Source: Cyanobacteriota bacterium
Lineage (GTDB): Bacteria; Cyanobacteriota; Cyanobacteriia; Cyanobacteriales; Nostocaceae
Length of the DNA: 41,790 bases
Direction of reading: 5' to 3'
Assembly: GCA_046045965.1 (NCBI GenBank)
Contig: JBJOKS010000036.1
Coordinates: forward strand, 1-41,790
The position numbers and the translations under genes are program-made. Numbering within the stretch: the stretch's first letter is position 1; each line of letters opens with the position of its first letter. Under the pieces are notes generated by a model. The model was not told the origin of the DNA. It ran no database searches and saw only the letters and a program-made list of their open reading frames with translations. This document shows positions 1 through 10,213 of this stretch, piece by piece.

Positions 1-1279
1 TGACAACAATATTATTAATGTTATTGGCTTTTTCACTAATTACTCCTAATCTTCCAGCAATAGAATTAGTAGCTTCTACTAATTGACGCATGGTAGTTTC
101 CATCTGCAATAAGTCTTTTTGACTATCACTTGCTGCTATTGTTGTTGCTTGTGACATTGTTGTTACTTCTTCTACTGTTTTAACTAATTCTCTGGATGTA
201 GATGAGATTTCTTTTGCTGCTACTGTTACTTGGTTGGTTGATGCTACTTGTTCCGTAACGCTGGCTTCTAATTGTTTTCCTGATGCTGCTATTTGTGTGG
301 CTGAAGTATTAACTTTAATACCTGATTTTTGTACTTGTCTGATTAAAATATTGAGATTTTTAGTCATAGTTTTAAAAGACATCATTAACTTTCCTATTTC
401 ATCTTGATTCTGAGTATCTGCGTTGATATTAACTGTTAAATTTCCTTGAGAAATCTCTTCTGCAAAACCAACAACTCTGTTAACCTGGTTAGAAATCTGT
501 CGAGAAATAATGATTCCTAGTAATATACCTAGTGATGTACAAAATAATATACCTAGAAATATCAATGAGGTACTAAATTTCACATCTGTAATTGATTTAT
601 CTTGGATATAACTTGCATATTCTTGATTATTTCTAATGAGTTCAAAGAATGCTGTATCAACTATTAGAAAGTGTTTATTTGCCTCATTCAGTAAGAACTG
701 GTTTAACTCATTTCTGGCTAATAGGGCATTTTTTATAGATGTATTTTCTACTGAATTATCTTTTTCTTGATGGCTATTTTCTGTGTTATTAATTCTTACA
801 AATCTTTGGTTATGATTATGATATGCTTCGTCTAATTGCACAAATTTTTTGTGCCGGACATGATATTCTGCTTCTAATTGCATAAATTTTTTGTGTACCT
901 GCTCCCACAATTCCCACTCTTGCAGTAATTTAGCATAAAGTATTTCATCTTCCTGATTATTTCTAGGAGCAGCATCATAAGCTTTTAATTCTATATTTAT
1001 CCGTTTCCAAGTTTTTTTTATTTCTGTTAGTATAGCTAGTCTTTGTTCTTCTGTTATATCTGGGTTTAAGAGGGATTTCTGTAAACTATCAATTCTGGTA
1101 TGAGATTCATTGATGTTCCAGATACTTGTCAAACTAGGTAAATTGTTATTGGCAAGTGTATTAATGTGATTAGATAAGCGGGAAATGCCAAACCATCCCA
1201 CTATACCAACGAATATAACCAATTTTCCTATCAAGCCAAAAGCAATCAGCAGTCGCCATTGAAGATTGATGTTTTTCAT
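1..1279 (-). CDS. Methyl-accepting chemotaxis protein (WspA-like), 5' part only; runs off the window
   Basis: Not in the ORF track. ATG at 1279 reads MKNINLQWRLLIAFGLIGKLVIFVGIVGWFGISRLSNHINTL (TM1). It is followed by a four-helix sensor region, TM2, a HAMP motif (EISQGNLTVNI..DEIGKL) and the start of the MCP signalling domain (QLEASVTEQVASTNQV). Lies downstream of cheW-cheR. Confidence 0.88.
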   Translation of the reverse strand, partial: MKNINLQWRLLIAFGLIGKLVIFVGIVGWFGISRLSNHINTLANNNLPSLTSIWNINESHTRIDSLQKSLLNPDITEEQRLAILTEIKKTWKRINIELKAYDAAPRNNQEDEILYAKLLQEWELWEQVHKKFMQLEAEYHVRHKKFVQLDEAYHNHNQRFVRINNTENSHQEKDNSVENTSIKNALLARNELNQFLLNEANKHFLIVDTAFFELIRNNQEYASYIQDKSITDVKFSTSLIFLGILFCTSLGILLGIIISRQISNQVNRVVGFAEEISQGNLTVNINADTQNQDEIGKLMMSFKTMTKNLNILIRQVQKSGIKVNTSATQIAASGKQLEASVTEQVASTNQVTVAAKEISSTSRELVKTVEEVTTMSQATTIAASDSQKDLLQMETTMRQLVEATNSIAGRLGVISEKANNINNIVV

Positions 1280-1481
1280 ATTATTGAATTGTTACTATTC
1301 AGTAACTTGTCTATGAAAATTGTTTTATCACTTATTTAAAGGTTGTACCATACCTTGTAATACCTGTACCTGCAATACTTCCCAGTTGAGCAAGTTGATC
1401 CCAAGAATTGCAAATAAACAATAAAAAACTTTAGATTACTTCACAATATAATCATCTTGTTGTTATAGACTTAGCTGGATT

Positions 1482-2714
1482 CTAAAGCCGTCGAATGCGT
1501 TGCCAAAGAATATTAGCACTTTCTATATCTCCTTGATTTTCTTTGAGTAAAGCTAGGTGAGTTAAAGCTTCTCTGTGAGTAGGTTGCAAATAAATTGCTT
1601 TTTGGAAAGATTGTAAAGAGTCTTGATTATTTCCCATTGCTTGCTGTAGTTGACCAAGGAGTACATAGCCTTCTACATTAACTTTGTTTTGTTTAATATA
1701 GTTATTACATAGTTCAATGGCTTCTGGTATGTAACCTTTATCTGCTAATAATTTGGCGGCTTCTAGTAAATTATTTTGAGTATTTTGGTGTTGGTTATTT
1801 ACGTTTAAATTGACAGGAGGTTGTGTTAAATTCTTGTCTATTATGGGTCTTTTTGAGTGAGTGAGACGATAACTTTTGAGAATATTTTTGTGTTCTTTAG
1901 GTTTGAGTAAAGTATGAGAAATAGCAGATTTACGATAAGCAAAAGCTAAAGGATGGCGTATAGATGTAAAGCGAGAGTGCAGCAATAAACCTGCTTCGGC
2001 GTGTCCGACAAATAATAGTCCATCTGAAGTTAATAACCTTTCTAAAATTCTCATGGTACGTTCTTTAGTTGTAATATCAAAGTAGATTAACAGGTTACGG
2101 CAAAATACAATATCATAGTTAGGCATCCCGATCAAAAAATCAGGTGCTGCGAGATTACCTTGCATAAAATGCACCTGAGATTTGATTTTTTCATGCAGAT
2201 GGTATCCTGATTCATGTTTTTGAAAATATTGTTCCTGAAAGGAAAGAGAATTACCACGAAATGAGTATTGATTGTATATTGCTTTTTGAGCATTGAACAA
2301 ACATTTTTTGCTAATATCAACTGCATCAATGTGAAAATTAGCTGGGTTTAACCCGGCTTCTAACAGAGATATAGCTATCGAAAAAGGTTCTTCACCTGTA
2401 GAACAAGGTACACTTAAAACTCTTAAAACACTATTTTTGTGATTTGGCAACCATTCAGATATTATATATTGTTGCAAATATTTAAAAGATTCTCGTTCTC
2501 GAAAAAACCAGGTTTCAGGAATAATTAAACTGTCAATTAGTGCATCCCATTCTTGTGGAGATTCCTGAATTTTTTCTAGGTAAATGTTGATATTTGTGAT
2601 TTTACACTCTATCATGCGTTGCTCGATTGCTCTAGCGATCGCATCAGAACCTATTGAGTTAGGATCTAACCCTATTTTGTGTCTCAGTAAAATTTCCCCT
2701 TCAGGATATATCAT
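1482..2714 (-). CDS. cheR: CheR-type methyltransferase with C-terminal TPR domain (WspC-like)
   Basis: Motifs PETWFFRE, SVPCSTGEEPFSIA, DIVFCRNLLIYF and GLLFVGHAE; C-terminal TPR-like helices (QKAIYLQP). Confidence 0.92.
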   Translation of the reverse strand: MIYPEGEILLRHKIGLDPNSIGSDAIARAIEQRMIECKITNINIYLEKIQESPQEWDALIDSLIIPETWFFRERESFKYLQQYIISEWLPNHKNSVLRVLSVPCSTGEEPFSIAISLLEAGLNPANFHIDAVDISKKCLFNAQKAIYNQYSFRGNSLSFQEQYFQKHESGYHLHEKIKSQVHFMQGNLAAPDFLIGMPNYDIVFCRNLLIYFDITTKERTMRILERLLTSDGLLFVGHAEAGLLLHSRFTSIRHPLAFAYRKSAISHTLLKPKEHKNILKSYRLTHSKRPIIDKNLTQPPVNLNVNNQHQNTQNNLLEAAKLLADKGYIPEAIELCNNYIKQNKVNVEGYVLLGQLQQAMGNNQDSLQSFQKAIYLQPTHREALTHLALLKENQGDIESANILWQRIRRL

Positions 2715-2739
2715 TTTTAAAGCGGTGCATTAATTATTG

Positions 2740-3225
2740 TTATTGACTATGAACTTCAGCGACAAGATAAGCTTGCTGCACCTCTGACAATAAATATTCT
2801 ACGTGAAGGCACTGAATTAGTCCTTGCTCATCTACTATCATTTTACCCAAGTAAGGCGGTTTATCTATTTGAATATCCACATCAACAAAATCAATATCCG
2901 ATTTTTGCAATGTTTCTATAACTCTTTGTGCCATTAAACCCATAATATGGGGTGCAGATTCCTCTGTGACATCCCTATCCCAATGATTGATTAAAATAAT
3001 CCGTGTACTCAAGTATTCTCCACAACTTTGATTATCCATTAACTGGCAAAGATCAATGACGGGAATAATCCGCCCACGGTAGTTAAAAACACCTGCAAAA
3101 TACCCAGGTGTATGGGGAAGCTTGGTAAGGTTAACAAGGGGTATAACTTCTACAATTTGTTGACTACCTATGGCGTAGCGTTGATTATTGATTTGAAAAA
3201 GTAGCATTAACATTAACTCACCCAC
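2740..3225 (-). CDS. cheW: CheW-family coupling protein (WspB-like)
   Basis: LLFQINNQRYAI..IVEVIPLV and AGVFNYRGRIIPVIDL are CheW signatures. The true start may be the ATG at 3213. Confidence 0.9.
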   Translation of the reverse strand: MGELMLMLLFQINNQRYAIGSQQIVEVIPLVNLTKLPHTPGYFAGVFNYRGRIIPVIDLCQLMDNQSCGEYLSTRIILINHWDRDVTEESAPHIMGLMAQRVIETLQKSDIDFVDVDIQIDKPPYLGKMIVDEQGLIQCLHVEYLLSEVQQAYLVAEVHSQ

Positions 3226-3253
3226 GTTATCAATTATCAGTTATCAGTTATCA
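3226..3253. repeat. Heptamer tandem repeat (GTTATCA)x4, STRR-type
   Basis: gttatca attatca gttatca gttatca; shorter copies near 28931 and 30412. Confidence 0.7.
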
Positions 3254-3356
3254 CCGTTCACTGTTTACTTCCTCCTAGTTTTTATCTGTACAAGTAATTT
3301 TAGTGCGTAGTCTTGATCATAATTCATAGTTGGTAAAAACTATGGAAAATAAATAA

Positions 3357-3387
3357 GATCCCCGACTTATTTAATAAATCTGGGATC
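3357..3387. repeat. 31-bp REP-like palindrome of the GATCCCCGACTT..AAGTCGGGGATC family
   Basis: gatccccgacttatttaataaatctgggatc. Related copies at 17926 (right arm degenerate), 32176-32311 (interrupted) and 33015-33045. Confidence 0.75.
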
Positions 3388-3399
3388 AGGGTATTACTT

Positions 3400-3789
3400 C
3401 TAATTGTTTTGTAAATACTCAATAGCAGCATCTAATTTTGATGGATATGCTTCAGCAAACCTTTCAAACCAAAGTCCTTCCGGTGAGAAGGGATCTAATT
3501 TAGATAACCATGCTTGAGCTTGTTTTTTCAAATTCTCTCTTTGTTGGGCTTTGATTTGTGCTTGACGAATTTTTTCTTGTTCTAATTCTTGTTGTTTTCT
3601 CAATTCTTCAACAGCTTCTTGTTCGGCAACATCAGCTTTAACTTCTGCCAATAAGTTATCTATTAAAGCATCTGATTTAGAAGCAGAAGTAATAAAGGGT
3701 TTTCCTGTAGTTACTGTTGGCTGTTGTTGGGATTTTCCTGCTGTGTATTCAGCCTGAATTTCAGTTAATAACTTATCAATTGAGTCCAT
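3400..3789 (-). CDS. Slr1339-family 'salt stress' protein (coiled coil plus conserved C-terminal domain)
   Basis: Repeated IDxLLxE motif at the N-terminus; C-terminal WLSKLDPFSPEGLWFERFAEAYPSKLDAAIEYL, recognised as typical of this cyanobacterial family. Confidence 0.7.
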   Translation of the reverse strand: MDSIDKLLTEIQAEYTAGKSQQQPTVTTGKPFITSASKSDALIDNLLAEVKADVAEQEAVEELRKQQELEQEKIRQAQIKAQQRENLKKQAQAWLSKLDPFSPEGLWFERFAEAYPSKLDAAIEYLQNN

Positions 3790-3816
3790 AGTTTTCAGTT
3801 CTAATTATGCGTTGAT

Positions 3817-4422
3817 CTAGTCAGTAATCGCATTCAGTAGCACTTCTGATAAACTCATATCTTCCATATCATCCATTGTTACTGTGTCACAAATATCGAA
3901 TTTTGCACCAGCACTTTGCAGTTCGTCATCTAAGACTTTCAAAAAGCGGGTAGCCTGGGGATCAGTACCAACTTGAATAAAAGAAATAGCTAATTCTTCA
4001 TCTCTATCAAGCTGACGAGACGCTTCGATAATAACTTTCATCACCGCTTTACGATCATCAGGTTCACCATCAGTTACAACTAAGATTGTTTCCCCATTTT
4101 CTTTAGTTTGACCACTAGATTTGCGCTGAAAATAATCATCAGTGGCGTGTTTTAGTACACCTGCTAAATCTGTAGTACCTGATGGGTCATTTTCTCGAAA
4201 AATTTGTGCTACCTTAGCAGATGTGACATTTTCATAACGTTTGAATCTGCCAGAAAATAAATAAATTGTGATGCCATCTGGATCAAATTGTTCACATTTA
4301 CTGGCTAAAGCTAAAGTAGATTCTTGTGCTGCTAACCATCTGGTTCTTCCACCTTTTTGATCTGGGGTGGCCATGCTACCACTTTTGTCAATTATTAAAG
4401 TATAATCACGATTTTCTAACAT
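3817..4422 (-). CDS. Stand-alone vWA-domain protein (copy 3)
   Basis: MIDAS motif DKSGS...GTT...VVTDG; 201 aa. Confidence 0.9.
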   Translation of the reverse strand: MLENRDYTLIIDKSGSMATPDQKGGRTRWLAAQESTLALASKCEQFDPDGITIYLFSGRFKRYENVTSAKVAQIFRENDPSGTTDLAGVLKHATDDYFQRKSSGQTKENGETILVVTDGEPDDRKAVMKVIIEASRQLDRDEELAISFIQVGTDPQATRFLKVLDDELQSAGAKFDICDTVTMDDMEDMSLSEVLLNAITD

Positions 4423-4471
4423 TTGTTAATTCTCCAGTTATCAAGGAATTAAAACAACAAAATCAGCTAAA

Positions 4472-5077
4472 TTAGTCATTTATCGCATTCCATAAAACAT
4501 CAGTGAGATTCATTTCTTCTAAATCTTCTAATGTGATAGTATCGCAAATATCAAATTTAGCACCGATACTTTGCAATTGCTCATCTAGAGCTTTCAGGAA
4601 CTTTGTAGCTTGCGAATTTGAACCTACTTGAATAATAGAAATTCCCAATTCTTTCTCATGTTCCATTTTGTGAGTAGCATTGATTATGATTTCACAAACT
4701 GCTTGGCGATCATAAGGTATGCCATCAGTAATAACTAATATTATTTCCCCATTGGGCTTGGTTTTACCAGCTGCTTTGCGGGTAAAGTAGTTATTAATTG
4801 CGTCTTGCAGTACACCTACTAAATTTGTTGTATCCGCAGGTTGATTTTCTGCAAAAATCTGAGAAACTTTAGCTGAGGTAACATGATCAAAGCGTTGAAA
4901 GTTTCGGGAAAATAGATAAACAGTTATACCATCAGGATCAAATTCTTCACATTTACAAGCTAACGCAAAGGTGGACTCTTGCAAGGCTAACCATTTACTT
5001 TTGTCTCCTTTTGCAGTTGGTTGAGCCATGCTGGCGCTATTGTCTATTATCAGTGTATAATCCCGATTTTCTAACAT
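4472..5077 (-). CDS. Stand-alone vWA-domain protein (copy 2, most diverged)
   Basis: MIDAS motif DNSAS...DTT...VITDG; 201 aa, colinear with the other two copies. Confidence 0.9.
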   Translation of the reverse strand: MLENRDYTLIIDNSASMAQPTAKGDKSKWLALQESTFALACKCEEFDPDGITVYLFSRNFQRFDHVTSAKVSQIFAENQPADTTNLVGVLQDAINNYFTRKAAGKTKPNGEIILVITDGIPYDRQAVCEIIINATHKMEHEKELGISIIQVGSNSQATKFLKALDEQLQSIGAKFDICDTITLEDLEEMNLTDVLWNAIND

Positions 5078-5283
5078 TTATCATTCTCCAGGGATGAGTT
5101 ATGCAATTTGGAATTTTCCATGTTTAGCCTGAATTCAGGAGTCAGAAGCAGCTAAATTTTGGCAGTTCTCACAGTATTGATATGAGCGACTGGTTAATTG
5201 TTGACTGAATACTTACATTTATTATTTCTTCCCAAAAAACTTTTAAATTGTTCTTGTGAGGAAGAAATATGGAAGTTCAGCGA

Positions 5284-5889
5284 TTAGTCAGTGATGGCAT
5301 TCATCAAGACATCTGCTAGGCTCATATCTTCTAAATCATCTAAAGTTACTGTGTCGCAAATATCAAATTTAGCGCCAACACCCACCAGTTGATCATCTAA
5401 AGCTTTGAGAAATTTTGTGGCTTGAGGATCTGAACCGACTTGAATTATAGAAATTCCTAATTCTTCATCTCGATCCATTTGCCGAGTGGCGCTAATAATG
5501 ACTTCAAATACGGCTTTGCGATCATCAGGTTCACCATCAGTCACAACTAAAATTGTTTCTCCGTTTGGTTTAGTTTGACCTGAAGCTTTACGCTGAAAAT
5601 AATTATTGAGGGCATCTTGTAGTACACTGGCTAAATTGGTTGTACCCGCAGGGTCATTTTCTTGGAATATCTGGGCAACTTTGGCGGTGGTTACATTTTC
5701 GTAACGTTTAAAGCGTCCAGAAAAGACATAAACCGTAATGCCATCGGGGTCAAACTGTTCAGCTTTTCTAGCCAAAGCTATGGTAGATTCTTGGGCTATA
5801 TCCCATCTACTTCTACCACCAACTTGGTCAGGAGTGGACATACTGCCGCTTTTATCAATAATTAGTGTATAGTCGCGATCGCTCATCAT
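5284..5889 (-). CDS. Stand-alone vWA-domain protein (copy 1)
   Basis: MIDAS motif DKSGS...GTT...VVTDG; 201 aa; GAGGGA ribosome-binding site upstream. Confidence 0.9.
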   Translation of the reverse strand: MMSDRDYTLIIDKSGSMSTPDQVGGRSRWDIAQESTIALARKAEQFDPDGITVYVFSGRFKRYENVTTAKVAQIFQENDPAGTTNLASVLQDALNNYFQRKASGQTKPNGETILVVTDGEPDDRKAVFEVIISATRQMDRDEELGISIIQVGSDPQATKFLKALDDQLVGVGAKFDICDTVTLDDLEDMSLADVLMNAITD

Positions 5890-6148
5890 AAATCCCTCTC
5901 TTGATTTTTCTGTTTCTATTTTAACTCTTAGGTAATAAGACCATATCTGAATGTGGATGTATTGTAATAATGATTTAAACTATTGCCATTTAGAAACTAC
6001 CTGTTTCTGGGGTAAAATCGCTAAATAACTCAATATTGAACCTCTCAGATTACAGCACTGGGGTTATTTACCTTGAGCATGGTGAAATTTCGCTCTTTTA
6101 TGGTCATTCGATCATATTGAATTACTGAATCAATTCAGGAGAACAACT

Positions 6149-6475
6149 ATGACTGTTACCAATGTTACAGAAGCCACATTCAAACAGGAAGTGTTGGATA
6201 GCGAAACTCCAGTTTTAGTGGATTTTTGGGCCCCTTGGTGTGGACCTTGTCGAATGCTGTCTCCTGTTGTTGAAGAAGTTGCTGCTGAATATGAAGGACA
6301 GGTGAAAGTTGTAAAATTGAATACGGATCAGAATCCCACGGTTGCCAGTCATTACGGTATTCGTAGCATTCCCACGATTATGGTATTTAAGGGGGGACGG
6401 CAAGTTGATACAGTTGTCGGTGCAGTTCCAAAAACTACTTTAGCTAAAACTCTAGCTCAGTATATTCCCGTGTAG
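6149..6475 (+). CDS. trxA: Thioredoxin (m-type)
   Basis: [13 protein letters not shown] active site and [16 protein letters not shown] upstream. Confidence 0.95.
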   Translation: MTVTNVTEATFKQEVLDSETPVLVDFWAPWCGPCRMLSPVVEEVAAEYEGQVKVVKLNTDQNPTVASHYGIRSIPTIMVFKGGRQVDTVVGAVPKTTLAKTLAQYIPV

Positions 6476-6561
6476 TCATGAGGTAGGGTGCAGGGTGCAG
6501 GGGGATAAAAATTAATATTCCTATCCCCTATTCCCCATTTCTTCTGTATTGATGAGATGAA

Positions 6562-9363
6562 TTATTGAGTTGGTAATTTTTTCTGTTTTAAGGGAATAGT
6601 AATCACAAATTCTGTTCCCATTTCCGGATAAGAAATAAATTTTAAATTGCCACCATGTTTTTCTGTAATAATTTGATAACTAATAGATAAGCCTAAACCT
6701 GTGCCTTTCCCTACGGGTTTGGTAGTAAAAAATGGTTCAAATAAATGCTTTTGGATATTTTCGGGAATACCAGAACCATTATCTTGGATGGAAATAATTA
6801 CTTGTTCATCTTTGGTTAGTTGAGTATAAATTTGGATTTGTGGTTCCTCAATTTTCTGACCATTAACAATTGATTCTTCTAAAGCATCAATACCATTGAC
6901 CAAAATATTCATAAATACCTGGTTGAGTTGTCCGGCGTAACATTCGACTAATGGTAATTTACCATATTCTTTAATTACCTCAATTGCTGGGCGATCAGAT
7001 GTAGCCTTGAAACGATTTTGTAAAATCATTAATGTACTATCAATTCCTTCATGAATGTTGACCGCTTTCATTTCTGCTTCATCCAGTCGGGAAAAGTTCC
7101 GCAAAGATAAGACGATTTCTTTAATGCGTTTAGAACCCACTTCCATTGAAGTTAATAACTTAGGTAAGTCTGTGAGGATAAAATTTAAGTCAATGGCTTC
7201 TATTTGATTCTGAATTTCTGAATCTGGTTTGGGATAGTGTTGCTGGTAAAGTTCTATGAGTTCAATTAAATCTTGAATGTATTGATTAGCTGGGTGAATA
7301 TTACCATAAATAAAGTTAACTGGATTGTTGATTTCATGGGCTATACCTGCTACTAATTGTCCCAAACTTGACATTTTTTCACTCTGCACTAATTGAGTAG
7401 CTAATTGTTCAGCTTCTTGTTTCAATTGGGCTTCAGAATGTCTCAATATTTCTTCAGCTTGTTTGCGTTGGGTAATATCATGAACAATTACAACATATTC
7501 ATAAAAATTTTGCTGGGTGCGATCAGATATGGAAACTTCTAGAGTTATGCTTCTAGTATTTTGGATTAGGGTATGTTCACTGCGCTTGTCCCATTTTTCG
7601 GGATCTTTGCTTAATTGAGGCAGTAAATTATTGAGGTGTTGTCCTAATAATGTCGATGGTTCAAGAGCAAATACAGATTCAGTGGCGGGGTTTACTTGTT
7701 GAATAATTCCTTGTTCATTTAACACCAAAATGCTATCTTGGGCAACCATAAATAGATGTTCGGCTTCTTCTCTGGCTTCTTCTAGGGCAATTACTTGTGG
7801 TAAACTTGTCCAGCAAGCGATCGCTACTCCCACAAATGCAATTGTGATTAACAAGATCACAACCAAATTTTTAGCATTATGGACAAAATTTACATTTAAC
7901 AACCATACAAATAAACAACCTACTAAAAAAGCACCACACATCAAAAATATTAATATTCCTACTTGGATAGATAGGGAATATTTGAGGAATTTTCGCCGTT
8001 GTAATTGATATCGTTTTATCCACCAATAAGGACGAAAAACAGGTAGGGGAAAATAACGTACTAAGGCATCAATTATTAATACAAATAATGGAGCTAATAA
8101 TCCTGCCAAAAAATCCTGCCAACCCCAAGCATAGGCAGTGACTAATAAAACTACAGCTTCAAGAAAAAAGATGCCTAAAGATATTTTAGTAAATAATATA
8201 TCTGGTTGATTTCGTTTGCGCCACAATCCTAAATGCATGAGCATGAACGCTACAAACCAGGCTACATTGCCAACTATAACGATTCGCGATATATCTCCCC
8301 AAATTAAATAGATCATGCAGATAAATAAACTTAAAACCAGCGATGCTCCAAATACTCCACGAGATGAAACTAAGGAAAATACTGGTGCTAAGTGTTTATC
8401 TACAGCTAACTGGTAGATAATGCGGGGACAGTTAGAAACTGTGGTGGCTGAACCTAATAAACAACAACTAGCTAATAAAAAAGTTATCGTTGCTGGGGCA
8501 AAGTTTCCCCAAAATGATCCAGATGCTGCTACAAAATTTAGATAAGCATTATCTCCTAAACCTTCAGTTGTTGCTAAACGCATGATTACCCAAGAACCAC
8601 CAATAAAAATGGGAATCATCAACCAAGCGGCAATATCTAGAAATTTTAAAGTTTGTTGGGGATGACGACTATCAGCTACAAATGATGAAACTGTTTCACA
8701 ACTGTAGGCTGTATAACTAATAAAAAAGAACCATTTAGCCCAATCAATAAAATTGAATGATTTCCAATGTTCAGGAAAAAAGCTAGGACTATGAGGAGTA
8801 AAAGCTAAAAAACTTAGTCCTTGTAAACAAAATAATAATAGTAATACTAAAGCTGGCAATGAAAATAATAGATGTAAAATACTTAAGGCGCGATTGCCAC
8901 TAAAGGCAACAACAAAGGGTAATAATGTAAAGCTGAGTTTGAGAATTGCTTCTGGACAGGGAATATTCAATGCTTCTAGGTTTGCATCAATGATTTCTGT
9001 GAGGACGACAGAATTAAGTGGTATGACTGACAACCACGAGATCAGATATCCAATGGCAGCATAACGAGCAATAATAGGATCACGTGGCCATAAACGAGTG
9101 ATATAGTTAGGAGTCCCCCCAGATACATTTAATAAATTTCTTCCTAGATGTTTAACTTGATAGTTGACTAACATTCCCACAATGACAGCGGGTATCCACA
9201 CAAAAATAGCTGCTGTTCCCAGGTCTGCATGAACTGTTGCTGCTAATGTTGGCCAACTAAGATGGTTTGTGATACCAAATGTCCATGTTTCCAAGGTACT
9301 CATAGTTCTTGGTAGACTTTGAAATGGAAACTTATGGGAGACTGGACTTTGGGAACTTGACAT
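6562..9363 (-). CDS. APC-family amino-acid-permease domain fused to PAS and histidine kinase domains
   Basis: About 520 aa of multi-TM permease-like sequence ([15 protein letters not shown]). Then PAS ([23 protein letters not shown]...VHDITQRK), H-box GIAHEINNP and HATPase N/G/F boxes ([28 protein letters not shown]). Confidence 0.88.
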   Translation of the reverse strand: MSSSQSPVSHKFPFQSLPRTMSTLETWTFGITNHLSWPTLAATVHADLGTAAIFVWIPAVIVGMLVNYQVKHLGRNLLNVSGGTPNYITRLWPRDPIIARYAAIGYLISWLSVIPLNSVVLTEIIDANLEALNIPCPEAILKLSFTLLPFVVAFSGNRALSILHLLFSLPALVLLLLFCLQGLSFLAFTPHSPSFFPEHWKSFNFIDWAKWFFFISYTAYSCETVSSFVADSRHPQQTLKFLDIAAWLMIPIFIGGSWVIMRLATTEGLGDNAYLNFVAASGSFWGNFAPATITFLLASCCLLGSATTVSNCPRIIYQLAVDKHLAPVFSLVSSRGVFGASLVLSLFICMIYLIWGDISRIVIVGNVAWFVAFMLMHLGLWRKRNQPDILFTKISLGIFFLEAVVLLVTAYAWGWQDFLAGLLAPLFVLIIDALVRYFPLPVFRPYWWIKRYQLQRRKFLKYSLSIQVGILIFLMCGAFLVGCLFVWLLNVNFVHNAKNLVVILLITIAFVGVAIACWTSLPQVIALEEAREEAEHLFMVAQDSILVLNEQGIIQQVNPATESVFALEPSTLLGQHLNNLLPQLSKDPEKWDKRSEHTLIQNTRSITLEVSISDRTQQNFYEYVVIVHDITQRKQAEEILRHSEAQLKQEAEQLATQLVQSEKMSSLGQLVAGIAHEINNPVNFIYGNIHPANQYIQDLIELIELYQQHYPKPDSEIQNQIEAIDLNFILTDLPKLLTSMEVGSKRIKEIVLSLRNFSRLDEAEMKAVNIHEGIDSTLMILQNRFKATSDRPAIEVIKEYGKLPLVECYAGQLNQVFMNILVNGIDALEESIVNGQKIEEPQIQIYTQLTKDEQVIISIQDNGSGIPENIQKHLFEPFFTTKPVGKGTGLGLSISYQIITEKHGGNLKFISYPEMGTEFVITIPLKQKKLPTQ

Positions 9364-9418
9364 AGATATCTATTTTGTTTCAGGGTTAAAAAAATTGGTT
9401 ATAGGAAATTTTCAAAAT

Positions 9419-10063
9419 ATGAGCGGTAAGTTAATTGTATTTGAAGGTGTGGAAGGTTGTGGTAAAACTACCCAAATGCAACTGTGTAGTCAGTGGTTAG
9501 AAGATTTAAGTGTATCGGTTTTACTAACTCGTGAACCGGGGGGAACGGAGTTAGGGAAGCATTTAAGAAAGCTATTGTTGGAAAAATGTGAGGATAAGCC
9601 TGTTGGAGAAGTTACGGAATTGTTATTATATGCTGCTGATAGAGCGCAACATATCGAACAAGAAATTAAGCCAAATTTAGCAGCGGGTAAATATATTTTG
9701 TGCGATCGCTATACTGACTCTACTATTGCTTATCAAGGTTACGGTCGAGGTTTGAGTATGAGTCTAATTAATCAATTAAATTATATTGCTACTGGTGGTT
9801 TAGAAAGTGATTTAACTATCTGGTTAGATATTGATGTGGAAGTAGGACTTGCTCGCAAACGTGGTCAAGCAACTTTAGATAGAATTGAACAGGAAACAAT
9901 TGCTTTCCATCGTCGTGTACAACAAGGATATACAGAATTAGCAGCAACTTATCCATCACGAATTTTTCGGGTAGATGGAAGTTTGAGTAAAGAAGTTGTA
10001 CAAAAAACTATCAAAGAAATTTTAATTTCTAAGTCTCTAATTTTGACAGGTTATTTAAAATGA
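9419..10063 (+). CDS. tmk: dTMP kinase
   Basis: IVFEGVEGCGKTTQ, TREPGG and LCDRYTDSTIAYQGYGR. ATG at 9419 preferred over the track's TTG at 9395. Confidence 0.95.
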   Translation: MSGKLIVFEGVEGCGKTTQMQLCSQWLEDLSVSVLLTREPGGTELGKHLRKLLLEKCEDKPVGEVTELLLYAADRAQHIEQEIKPNLAAGKYILCDRYTDSTIAYQGYGRGLSMSLINQLNYIATGGLESDLTIWLDIDVEVGLARKRGQATLDRIEQETIAFHRRVQQGYTELAATYPSRIFRVDGSLSKEVVQKTIKEILISKSLILTGYLK

Positions 10064-10087
10064 TCAGTGAGGATTTTTTTGTGTCGA

Positions 10088-10114
10088 ACCGCAGAGACGC
10101 AGAGAACGCAGAGA
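10088..10114. repeat. Short dispersed repeat AACCGCAGAGACGCAGAG (9-mer units)
   Basis: Reverse-complement copy (ctctgcgtctctgcggtt) at about 16353-16370. A related CGCAAAG-unit family occurs at about 14527-14552 and 17114-17140. Confidence 0.6.
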
Positions 10115-10213
10115 AATTAGATTTGTTCTGGATTTTATGATCATTTTTTTGATTATTTTTAATTAATAATTTTTTATTTCTCTGTTATCCTGACTCCTGA
10201 CTCCTGACAAATT

